From Octopus vulgaris (Eukaryota), in the NCBI GenBank assembly GCA_951406725.2, contig OX597837.1:25854001-25918000 (forward strand): a DNA stretch of 64,000 nt, in the 5' to 3' direction. Positions 37,765 to 48,851 of the stretch are shown here, in pieces. The position numbers were made by a program, and so were the translations under genes. Below the pieces are notes generated by a model, which was not told the DNA's origin, ran no database searches, and was given only the letters and a program-made list of their open reading frames with translations. How positions within the stretch are numbered: position 1 is the stretch's first letter; each line of letters starts with the position of its first letter.

Positions 37765-38273
37765 CCCATTAGCATTTAAACCGACCATATCCGGCCAAAA
37801 GTATTCTGCCTGTTTTATATTCAAACTGGCTAGATCTGGTCTCTCACACCAACCCTACAATATCGTTTTAAAAATTAACATCTGCCTCATCAAATTCTCA
37901 TAGTTACAAGATAATGCATTTAAACTGGCCATATCCGGCCAAAAGTATTCTGCCTGTTTTATGTTCAAGCTGGCCAGATCTGGTCTCTCACACCAACCCT
38001 ACAATATCATCTTAAAAATTAACACCTACCTCATCAAAATCTCATAGCTACAAGATAATGCATTTAAACTGGCCATATCCGGCCAAAAGTATTCTGCCTG
38101 TTTTATGTTCAAACTGGCCAGATCTGGTCTCTCACACCAACCCTACAATATCATCTTAAAAATTAACAGCTACCTCATCAAAATCTCATAGCTACAAGAT
38201 AATGAATGATTAATTCAAAACAATGTGGATAAAAAAGCATTAATTTTGGCAGTATAATGAGAACAACAAAGGG
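37765..38273. mobile_element. piggyBac-type MITE with internal 144-bp triplication
   Basis: TTAA|cccattagcattt...aaaggg|TTAA; units at 37772, 37916, 38060; inverse homolog of 14796-15188. Confidence 0.8.
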
Positions 38274-39320
38274 TTAATTAGTCTTAATATTGGTTTCAAA
38301 TTTTGGCACAAGGCCAGCAGCTTCAAGGGAGGTGTAGCCATTACACCAACCCTGGTACTCAACGGGTACTTAGTTTATTGACCCTGAAAGAATGAAAGGC
38401 AAAGTTGACCTAGGTGGAATTTGAACTCAGAACATAAAGATGGATAAAACACCACAAAGTATTCTGTCTGGCGTGCTAACAATTCTGCAAGTGCATTGCC
38501 GTCACTCGTCTTATTATTAAATAAATAATGAAATATAAGCAAAAATGGTTTATAAAAAGCAATTAATCATAAACAGAAGTAAATATTTAATGTTTAATGA
38601 ACACAAGCAATCTAATAATTAAATAACCATAATTAAGAATTGGAAATAAAATTTTGAGTAATATATGTGGCCATCCAAACTGAATCGTGTGATTTGCACC
38701 CCTCCGGTTTGAAATCCTGATTATGTGGTTTAATTACTTTCCCATGGTTTACTAACAGCAGTGGTTAGCAGTTTCTGTATGAAAATAGCCAACCAATCAA
38801 ATATCAGCTTACATTTAGCTGTAGGCTAAACACTAAAATGCTTGGTTTACTGAATTTATTTTGGTCAGGCAACTGGAATTAAATGGGTTTCTTTCCAGAA
38901 CTGCCTACAGCTCATATATTCACACACATGGGATGAGTGTACATAAGTGTGTATGTGTATATGCATGCATGTACATATATCTATGTATCTGTGTGTGTGT
39001 GTGCAGGTATCACTGTGTGGTGAAGAAGTTCCCTTCCCAACCATATGGTTCTGGGTTCAGTCCCACTGCTTGGCACCATGGGCAAGTGTCCTTTACTATA
39101 GCCCACAGCCAATCACAATATTGTAAGTGGACTTAGTAGAGGGAAACTGTAAGAAGCTTACCATGTATATCATCAGCATGTTTCATCTTTTACTTGTTTC
39201 AGTGATTAGACTGCAGCCATGCTGGAGCAACACCTTGAAATTTTAGTTGAATGAATCTCATTCTTTCCCCTAAATGCATAAACACTAATGTACCTAACCC
39301 CTGCACAATCTTTACAGATG

Positions 39321-39371
<51 letters not shown>

Positions 39372-39372
<1 letters not shown>

Positions 39373-39678
39373 TAGCAGTATCGCCCGGCGTTGCTCGGGC
39401 TTGTAAGGAAAATAACTATATAAGCATTTTTAGAGAGTTACTTCCCTTATATAACCCGAGCAAAAATCATTAAAAATGCGGAAAAATGATGGTAAATTTT
39501 TTTTTAAATCGTAGACTCATTGTAGACGCGTGCTAATACCCAGAAGGGCTCGATATGAATGACGACTATAAGATACCCGCTTTTGGATAAACTGCACCGC
39601 AAAATGTGGGAGTAGTTAGGAATCTAAATCGGAGGAGACAGAGTCTCACACACACAACTTCAATTTTATATATAAAGA
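39372..39678 (-). mobile_element. Non-autonomous Helitron
   Basis: Minus strand a|TCtttatatataaaa...cccgagcaacgccggg-cgatactg-CTAG|t; 3' part homologous to 12170-12273. Confidence 0.82.
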
Positions 39679-39688
39679 TATATATATC

Positions 39689-40085
39689 TGAGAATGACCA
39701 AGTTTATAAATCTGCTGGATCTCACTCATAAGGGAATTTTACATTGCTTATAAACTTTATATTTTAAAGGGCTTATTTTAAACTCTGTTGGACTTTTGGA
39801 CTTTACTCATAGGATATTGGAATATTGCATATATACCCTTATGCCAAAAAAATGGATTTATGAACTCAATAACCATACATATCTTGCATCTATTTTCTTT
39901 CCTCCACCTCACTCTCTATTTTGTATCACATCTAAAGTAACTATGACATAACCATCTTCTCACACAGTCTCCGATGAAGGGAAATTATTAATAAATATCT
40001 TAGAAACAGCTGCAAGACCTATCTATAAATGCTCTAATATGTACACAGCCTTGTTTTTTTTATCTTATTACGCAAAAAATTCTTA
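39689..40085 (+). mobile_element. Penelope-like pLTR fragment with degenerate hammerhead (39967-40018)
   Basis: gtct-CCGATGAA-ggga...tctta-GAAA-cagctg-ca-agac, flanked by (TA)n. Confidence 0.55.
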
Positions 40086-40501
40086 TATATATATATATAC
40101 GACAGGCTTCTTTCAGTTTCTGTCTACCAAATCCACTCACAAGGCTTTGATCAGCTCGATGCTATAGTAGAAGACACTTGCCCAAGGTGCCACGCAGTGG
40201 GACTGAACCCGGAGCCATGTGGTTCATAAGCAAGCTATATATAAATATATGAATGCGATAGTATCAAACCTTAGACAAGACACTCTATATGAATATATTA
40301 GCACATTTAATGTCATTATGAATAAAGGAGTTAAAAGCTTTCCATATGAACTGCAATGATTTGTTTATCTTACTAAGAGCTAAAAACAAGTTTAACCATT
40401 CTTCTCTATATTGATAATACAGATCATGCAGCAGCGGCAACTGTAGCAGCAGCTTCCACCACTGTCGCTACCACCATCACATTTCCATGCCTTCTCTTTA
40501 G

Positions 40502-40625
40502 GATTGGCAATGGTTGAATAATGAAGCACAAGTAACAGCTGTTCTTCATCTCCATCGATCCTTTTCAAATCAAGGAATTCCATACCATTTAAAAAATTTT
40601 TTTACTGTCAACTCTTGGATTACCA
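40502..40625 (+). CDS. Candidate 124-nt exon (DWQWLNNEAQVTAVLHLHRSFSNQGIPYHLKNFFTVNSWIT)
   Basis: gccttctctttag|GAT...ACCA|gtgagt, open frame in unique sequence. Confidence 0.35.
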
Positions 40626-40853
40626 GTGAGTGTGTTAAATTATAAGGCACAAAAAGAAAATGCTGGTGCGTTTACGTCCCTGTAACTTAGTGGTTCGGCA
40701 AAAGAGACCGATAGAATAAGTACTAGGCTTACAAAGAATAAGTCCTGGGGTCGATTTGCTCTACTAAAGGCGGTGCTCCAGCATGGCCACAGTCAAATGA
40801 CTGAAATAAGTAAAAGAGTAAAAGAGAGTAAAGTGTATATATATATATATATG

Positions 40854-41236
40854 TGGAGGCGCAATGGCCCAGTGGTTAGGGCAGCGGACTTGCGGTCATA
40901 GGATCGCGGTTTCGATTCCCAGACCGGGCGTTCTGAGTGTTTATTGAGCGAAAACAACTAAAGCTCCACGAGGCTCCGGCAGGGGATGGTGGTGATCCCT
41001 GCTGTACTCTTTCACCACAACTTTCTCTCACTCTTACTTCCTGTTTCTGTTGTACCTGTATTTCAAAGGGCCGGCCTTGTCACTCTCTGTGTCACGCTGA
41101 ATATCCCCGAGAACTACGTTAAGTGTACACGTGTCTGTGGAGTGCTCAGCCACTTACACGTTAATTTCACGAGCAGGCTGTTCCGTTGATTCGGATCAAC
41201 CGGAACTCTCGTCGTCGTAACCGACGGAGTGCTTCC
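40854..41236 (+). mobile_element. tRNA-derived SINE family D
   Basis: A box tggcccagtgg and B box gtttcgattccc; 3' part homologous to the minus-strand remnant at ~55740-55900. Confidence 0.8.
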
Positions 41237-41662
41237 ATCCATATATATATATATACTACTATAGCATCAGGTGAACCAAAGCCTTGTGGGTGGATTTGGT
41301 TGACTGAAACTGAAAGAAGCCCATTGTGTATATAGACACAACAGAATATGCTTCAATACACGAACTCATATAAAGAATCTTGTAAACCAAATCCCAAAAC
41401 GAAATATTATCTAACCATTCTTGGATTAGAATTAACTGTCAAGACATTATTGGAAGCAATATTAGGCCGGTGAGTTGGCAGAACCATTAGCATGTCAGGC
41501 AAAATGCTTAGCAGCATTTCATCTATCTTTATGCTCTGAGTTCAAATTCTACCCAGGCTGACTTTAATCCTTTTTGATTCGATAAAATAAATACCAGCTG
41601 AGCCCTGGGGTCGATGTAATTGATTATCCACAACCCCCAAAATTTCAGGCATTATCCCTAGT

Positions 41663-41996
41663 GAAGGTGCATGGCTCAGTGGTTAGAGTGTCAAGCTTAC
41701 GATCGTGAGGTTGTGAGCTCGAATCCCAGACCGGGCTGCGTATTGTGTTCTTGAGCAAGACACTTTATTTCACGTTGCTCCAGTTCACTCAGCTGTAGAA
41801 ATGAGTTGCGACATCACAGGTGCCAAGCTGTATCGGCCCCTTTGCCTTTCCCTTGGATAACACTATGGTGTGGAGAGGGGAGGCCGGTATGCATGGGCGA
41901 CCGCTGGTCTTCCATAAACAACCTTGCCAGGACTTGTGCCTGGGAGGGTAACTTTCTAGCTGCAATCCCATGGTCAGTCATGACCAAAGGGGGTCT
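41663..41996 (+). mobile_element. tRNA-derived SINE family C
   Basis: tggctcagtggttagag...gagctcgaatccc...gtgttcttgagcaagacactt. Confidence 0.82.
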
Positions 41997-42132
41997 CAGT
42001 ATCCCTATTTTAGAAAGGAATCAATATTTATGTAACATAAGGCGGTGAGGTGGCAGAATTGTTACTGTGCCAGGCAAAATGCTTAGTGACATTTTATCCA
42101 TCTTTACGTTTTGAGTTCAAATTCTGCCCAGG

Positions 42133-42320
42133 TCATCATCATCGTTTAACGTCCGCTTTCCATGCTAGCATGGGTTGGACGATTTTGACTGAGGGCTGGC
42201 GAGCCAGATGGCTGCACTAGGCTCCAATCTTGATCTGGCAGAGTTTCTACAGCTGGTTGCCCTTCTTAACGCCAACCACTCCGAGAGTGTAGTGGGTGCA
42301 TTTTACGTGCCACCGGCACG
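42133..42320 (-). mobile_element. RTE 3' end inserted in a SINE B
   Basis: (cat)n-cgtttaacgtccg tail; SINE B head at ~42040 resumes at ~42325. Confidence 0.8.
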
Positions 42321-42509
42321 GACGTGAAAATAAGTACCAGTTGAGCACTAGAGTTGAGGTAACTGACTCACCCCCTCCCCTAAACTTGCTGGCCTTGTGC
42401 CAAAATTTGAAACCAATATTGGCCAATACAAGCACCAGTTTAAATTCCGCCAAAAGAGAATTACCTGGAATTTTCTCAGTTAATTCCTGTAATTATCTCT
42501 TCTTTTTAG

Positions 42510-42584
42510 CCTGGAGACTTCGCAAAGTTTGATTCTTCTTAAATTTTTGTCAGTCACTGCTAAATTAAACTTCTTCATTAATAG
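42510..42584 (+). CDS. Candidate 75-nt exon (LETSQSLILLKFLSVTAKLNFFIN)
   Basis: tctcttctttttag|...AATAG|gtaatt; only the phase 2-2 frame is open. Confidence 0.25.
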
Positions 42585-42778
42585 GTAATTATCTATCAGA
42601 ATTTAAGTTTTCAGCTAATTACAAGTGCAAATGTAAGTTTTGATAGAAAATTACTTTCCACAATGTTGTGTTAATTACCTACTAATTAATAAATCATTTA
42701 TGTAATTTCAGCAATTAGAGTAAAAGATATGGTTTCATTGTTGTTGCTAGAATACAACATTTCACTGAAACTGTATAG

Positions 42779-42825
<47 letters not shown>

Positions 42826-42969
42826 GTAATAATTTATAGTATCAAATTTATATATTCAGGTATAGAGCTTATAGTATGTTGTTTAAAGCCTGTCCACAGT
42901 ATTTGGCTATCTGATGTCAGCAACACTATGAAAGTGTATGCTGGCTTTACTTCAGCAATTCCTTTGTTG

Positions 42970-43362
42970 GTACCCATGCCAACCCCCTTGCTTGCGAAGA
43001 CATGTTGGGGCAAGCGAAATCGAAATCGAAATCGAATTGAAACAGCCAGGATCCCTGGTCTGGTGGTACGTAAAAAGCACCATCCAACTCGTGGCCGATG
43101 CCAGCACCGCCTCGTCTGGCTTCCGTGCCGGTGGCACATAAAATACACCAATCCGACCGTGGCCGTTGCCAGCCTCGCCTGGCACCTGTGCAGGTGGCAC
43201 GTAAAAAGCACCCACTACACTCACGGAGTGGTTGGCGTTAGGAAGGGCATCCAGCTGTAGAAACACTGCCAGATAAGACTGGAGCCTGGTGCAGCCTTCT
43301 GGCTTCCCAGATCCCCGGTCGAACCGTCCAACCCATGCTAGCATGGAGAACGGACGTTAAAC

Positions 43363-43392
<30 letters not shown>
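42970..43392 (+). mobile_element. Longer RTE 3'UTR
   Basis: Upstream (gaaatc)n segment, three subrepeats, (GAT)n tail. Confidence 0.88.
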
Positions 43393-43393
<1 letters not shown>

Positions 43394-43559
43394 TAGAGTT
43401 TATATAAAAAAATGTGTTGGTGCTTTTTGCATGCCACCAGCATGGAAGCCATAGGTGGCAGCGGTCACGATCGGTTGGTGCTTTTTGCGTGCCACCTGCA
43501 CGGAAGCCAGTCAAGGTGGCGCTGGCATCGGCCACATTTGGATGGTGCTTTTTACGTGC

Positions 43560-44096
43560 GGAAGCTATCAACTACTTCTAGTTTCTCCCCCTGGAGTGTG
43601 ATGGAATCTATTTTCTGTGTATCTGTGGTGTTTATTGCCCCTGTGCATCTGCCGCACATGAAAGCTATCTTCTCGGTTAATCTTCCTTTGATGTTGCTGC
43701 ACCTCTTATGTGTCTATAGCTTACACTGGGTACATCTTATGGAGCTTCTACCTACACCTTTTCTACAGATCAAGCAGGGCCACCTACCCGAGGAGGTGTG
43801 TGATGAGTTCGCCTTCCTACTTACTAGAACTTTGGTCTTTGCTACATTGACTCTAAGGCCTTTTGATTCTAAATCTTGCTTCCACACCTGGAATTTCTTT
43901 TCTAGTTCCAGTAGTGATTCTGCTATGAGGGCCAGGTCATCAGCATAGAGGAGCTCCCAGGGGCAACCCGTCTTGAATTCCTCTGTTATTGCCTGGAGGA
44001 CTATGATGAATAAAAGGGGACTGAGGGCTGAACCTTGGTGGAACCCTACTTCTACCTGGAATTCTTCACTATACTCATTGCCAATCCTAACCTTAC
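43560..44096 (-). pseudogene. RTE-clade LINE reverse transcriptase fragment with Cys-rich insertion
   Basis: KVRIGNEYSEEFQVEVGFHQGSALSPLLF...WELLYADDLALIA...GLRVNVAKTKVL...WPCLICRKGVG...CTQC..*THKRC...CGRC; YADD at 43936-43947; in-frame stop at 43714-43716. Confidence 0.92.
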
Positions 44097-44153
44097 ACAG
44101 AGCCTCTCTGTATTATTATTATTTTATAACCACCCTTTTCTTCTCTTTCTTTC

Positions 44154-44201
<48 letters not shown>

Positions 44202-44765
44202 CAAGTAGCCAAAGAACACATGGGTAATTGAAATATATCGAGAGGCTACACATGTCCAGAGGACATGATATTGTGAAGAGGCTGAATGGGATTTTAGGTA
44301 AGAGGATAGCAGGAAATATTTTCAGATCTTATTAGTAAGTAAGACTTATAAGGGATTGGTCTAGAAGACAGGGCCATGCCCATTGCTTTCAAAGGTCCCC
44401 CGAAACTTGGAAGAGTGCAATGTGATTTAACATACCTCTAGAGGAAAAATATGGATACTGGGGAGGGAATGACACATAATGGAGGTTCTGGTGTGTGTAA
44501 GGTGAGAGAACTGGAAATAGGGGCTAGGGTGGGACCTGGGATGGGTGAAAAAATAAACATAGCAGGCTTAAAGAAGTACCATAAGGTGGAAGTGAGAATG
44601 GTGGATGTATTGCAAAAGCTGAAGGAATCCAACCAGATGGAATTACAAGGAACATGTTTAGATAATTATTTGATGATAGAGACAGTATCTCGTTAAAAAG
44701 AGGGAAATAATAATTGCAAGGTAAGGCAATGAAGGGAACCAACAGAGGAGTATTGCTAATAGAAT

Positions 44766-45092
44766 GGATGATGATAATGATGGTGGTGGTGATGTTGATG
44801 ATGTTGATAGTGACAATGATTACAATGGTGATGGTGGTGATGGTGATAATTTTGATGATGGTAGTGAGGGTGATGAGAATGATGACGATGATGAATATGG
44901 TAATAATAATGATGATGATTGTCATGATGATGATGACGACGACAATGATGATGATGATGATGATAATGATGGTGATGATGATGATGATGACGACGATGAC
45001 GACAATGATGATGATGATGGTAATGATGATGATGATGATAATGATGATGATGGTAATGATGATGATGATAATGAAGATGATGATGAGGGTAA

Positions 45093-45127
<35 letters not shown>

Positions 45128-45190
45128 ATGATGATGATGATGATGAAGAAGATGATGATGATGATGATAATGATGATGATTGTGATGGTT
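44766..45190. repeat. Degenerate (GAT)n microsatellite
   Basis: Directly visible. Confidence 0.95.
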
Positions 45191-45348
45191 GATTAGCAAA
45201 AGTTTACACTGCACAGATGGATCCTTCGACTGAGCCTATTTTAAGAACTCAATCCTGTTTTGATAATTACAACAGCCCCACCCAACGCTCATCCAATAAG
45301 CGAAGAATATGGTTAACATTAAACTTCATGTCCTTCAGATACATCCCT

Positions 45349-45393
<45 letters not shown>

Positions 45394-45589
45394 TGTGTTT
45401 GTGTGTGTGTGAGTGTGTGTGTTTGTGTGTTCCTAATGAAATTCTTGCTGACAGTCTTTAACTGGATATCATCTGAAGATTCCCAGAGTTAGGTTGAGTG
45501 CTGCCAATTGTTTATATATATATAAGGCGGTGCTCCAGCATGGCCACAGTCAAATGACTGAAACAAGTAAAAGAGTAAAAGAGAAATAT

Positions 45590-45814
45590 ATATATATATA
45601 TATACACACATAAACATATATAGACATGCATACATAAATATACAAACATATATATACATGCACATACATGTATACACACATATATACATACACAGACATA
45701 TACATACACACATATACAAACATATATACATACATATAAACATACTACAAACACATACATACACACACACATACACACACATATATAAACATACACAAAG
45801 TGTGCTTACATGCA

Positions 45815-45845
<31 letters not shown>

Positions 45846-46212
45846 TACATGTACACACACATATATACATACACAGACATATACATACACACATATACAA
45901 ACATATATACATACAACCATACTACAAACACATACATACACATAAACAGACATACATATACATACACACACATATATAAACATACACACATAAACAGACA
46001 TACATATACATACACACACATATATAAACATACACACATAAACAGACATACATATACATACACACACACATATACAAACATATACACACATATATAAACA
46101 TACGCAAAGTGTGCTTATATGCAATGTGCAGAAATTTGTAAACATTTCTTATACCAGGATTCATAATTGTATACCTGTAAGTGTACACACATGTTTGAAG
46201 ATGATAAATTGT

Positions 46213-46287
<75 letters not shown>
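45590..46287. repeat. Compound (TA/CA) microsatellite with internal duplication, then (GA)n
   Basis: aaagtgtgctta marker at ~45797 and ~46107; (GA)n at 46216-46287. Confidence 0.9.
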
Positions 46288-46290
<3 letters not shown>

Positions 46291-46519
46291 TAATGTTTCT
46301 TTAGAAAAGAGAAGAAGCCAGCAGACTCCAGTCAGTTGAGTGGATGAACCAGTCTTGTAACATTTGAAGAACACCCCAAAACAGTAGCTACCCGACGACC
46401 GACGTAGCAAAATACTAGCACACTATCATGTAAATACAGCATGGCTAAAGGTACTTTCAGGTAAAGAGGGGTCGGGGGTGGGGAAGAGGGCATAGATTTC
46501 CCAGCACTCCCAGTGCTAA

Positions 46520-46574
46520 CCCTCCTCCAACTCCCCCTCCTCCTCCTCCTACTACTACAAGAGCTACTACTACC

Positions 46575-46645
<71 letters not shown>

Positions 46646-46768
46646 AAGAGCTGCTACTACTACTACTACTACTACAAGAGCTGCTACTACTACTACTACT
46701 ACTACTACAAGAGCTACTACCACCACCACCACCACCACCACTACTACTACTACAAGAGCTACTACTAT
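46520..46768. repeat. (CCT)/(CTA)/(CCA) triplet repeat punctuated by caagag x5
   Basis: Directly visible. Confidence 0.9.
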
Positions 46769-46833
46769 AATGAACATCAGCTCTTATTTGAACCCCCCAT
46801 CCAATATTACTGTTTTAGATTACAGATAACATA

Positions 46834-46884
<51 letters not shown>

Positions 46885-47104
46885 GTGAAGAGCTTTTGAA
46901 GGGGTTCTTCTAACATTTCAGTTTCGCTCTGATATATATATATATATATGTGTGTGTGTATGTATATATGTAAAAGTATAGACACATGATACATTTGTAT
47001 TTGTGTGTGCTGTATATATAAATATTTGTATGTGTATGTAAGCATGCATCTATGTATGTGTGTATATACTTACATATGTATATATTCAAATATTTTACGT
47101 GTGC

Positions 47105-47137
<33 letters not shown>

Positions 47138-47337
47138 CCAAATATTAAATATATTTATATTTGTGTGTGCATATATGTATATTTGTATGTGTACGTATCT
47201 ACCTCCCTGTCTACATATACATATATATACATATATATATATATATGTATAAGGGTGAAAAGGAACACACGAGTTGATATATATGAAAAAACAAGTCAAA
47301 AATAGAAAATGCTAAAATAATTTTATAGTGAACATTT

Positions 47338-47375
47338 CAGTACCGGTTTCGGTCATTTTGAGACCTTTTCAACTG
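47338..47375 (-). ncRNA. Minimal type I hammerhead ribozyme motif within a Penelope-like pLTR fragment (~47250-47420)
   Basis: Minus strand cag-UUGAAAA-gguc ucaaaau gacc-GAAA-ccgg-UA-cug: stems I and II pair, stem III is the palindrome accggu, U3-A8 replaces C3-G8. Confidence 0.7.
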
Positions 47376-47603
47376 TAACGATTAAATAATTAAATTTAGA
47401 AAAATTAGAAGAAAAGTTTTTTTAAAGGAATATTTCTATAGTAGTGTTCAGATATAAGTAGCATTCTGCCTTTCTCTGACTCCCTTGTTTGCACTTGTAT
47501 ATATATATAGATAGATAGATAGATAGATAGATATTTGTATGCACGCATATATATACACATGCATGTCTCTCTCTCCCTCTATACACACACACACACACAT
47601 ATA

Positions 47604-47839
47604 CAGGGTTGGCAAAAGTCACCTGACAGTATAAACCAAAACCATTTAATCCCAAGATTAAAATAAAAAAAATTATTTTATATGAGACTGCTAATAAATA
47701 GACAAATGTTGAAAAAAAAAAAATGGTGATTTTTAACTCCCAGCATTCAATTATTAAACATTCATAATTGGAACGAATAAATAAAATTGAATATTTATGG
47801 AATTTTGATTTAATGTTGTGTGACTTTCAGCCAACCCTC
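47604..47839. mobile_element. Tc1/mariner-type MITE
   Basis: TA|cagggttggcaaaagtcac...gtgactttcagccaaccctc|TA. Confidence 0.75.
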
Positions 47840-47986
47840 TATGTATATATAATGGAAAAATTATACAAAATGTATAAATAGATAATGCGTAAAGTTTAGG
47901 TTCCCTGTTGTTATCCGTAGATTTGTTTGTTCAAGTCTAATACACATTCCATCTCCTATTTTATTAATACTAAATATATATATATA

Positions 47987-48294
47987 TGTGTCGGTGGCAC
48001 ATAAAAACACCATCTGAGCGTGGCCATCTGCCAGCCTCGTCTGGTACCTGTGTCGGTGGCACATAAAAAACACCATCCGAGCGTGGCCGTTCGCTAGCCT
48101 CGTCTGGCACCTGTGTCGGTGGCACATAAAATCACCCATTACACTCTCGGAGTGGTTGGCGTTAGGAAGGGCATCCAGCTATAGAAACACTGCCAGATCT
48201 GACTGGCCTGGTGCAGCCTTCGGGCTCCCCAGACCCCAGTTGAACCGTCCAACCCATGCTAGCATGGAAAGCGGACGTTAAATGATGATGATGA

Positions 48295-48297
<3 letters not shown>
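47987..48297 (+). mobile_element. RTE 3'UTR
   Basis: Subrepeats plus ggacgttaaatgatgatg tail. Confidence 0.85.
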
Positions 48298-48345
<48 letters not shown>

Positions 48346-48347
<2 letters not shown>

Positions 48348-48515
48348 GGCGCAGGAGTGGCTGTGTGGTAAGTAGCTTGCTTACCAACCACATGGTTCCG
48401 AGTTCAGTCCCACTGCGTGGCACCTTGGGCAAGTGTCTTTGTCTTCTACTATAGCCTCGGCCAACCAAAGCCTTGTGAGAGGATTTGGTAGACGGAAACT
48501 GAAAGAAGCCCGTTG

Positions 48516-48578
<63 letters not shown>

Positions 48579-48807
48579 ATATATGTGTGTGTGTGTTTGT
48601 GTTTGTCCCCCCAATTTTGCTTGACAACCAATGCTGGTGTGTTTACGTCCCCCGTTACTTAGCGGTTCGGCAAAAGAGACCGATAGAATAAGTACTAGGC
48701 TTACAAAGAATAAGTCCTGGGGTCAATTTGCTCGACTAAAGGTAATGCTCCAGCATGGTCACAGTCAAATGACTGAAACAAGTAAAAGAGTAGAGAGTAA
48801 AGAGAGA

Positions 48808-48808
<1 letters not shown>
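48346..48808 (+). mobile_element. Full-length SINE family A
   Basis: tRNA-like head (tggctgtgtgg A box, gttcagtccc B box), ccttgggcaagtgtc, internal (TA)n(TG)n, tail gactgaaacaagtaaaagag. Confidence 0.88.

Positions 48809-48848
<40 letters not shown>

Positions 48849-48851
<3 letters not shown>

Noticed and set aside
40854-40930. tRNA genes (also 41663, 48346, ~6873)
   Set aside because: A/B boxes are present but continue into SINE bodies, with no complete cloverleaf.
44714-45214. Poly-Met/Asp/His ORFs, and similar CV/YI/ER/poly-Ile ORFs elsewhere
   Set aside because: Translations of microsatellites.
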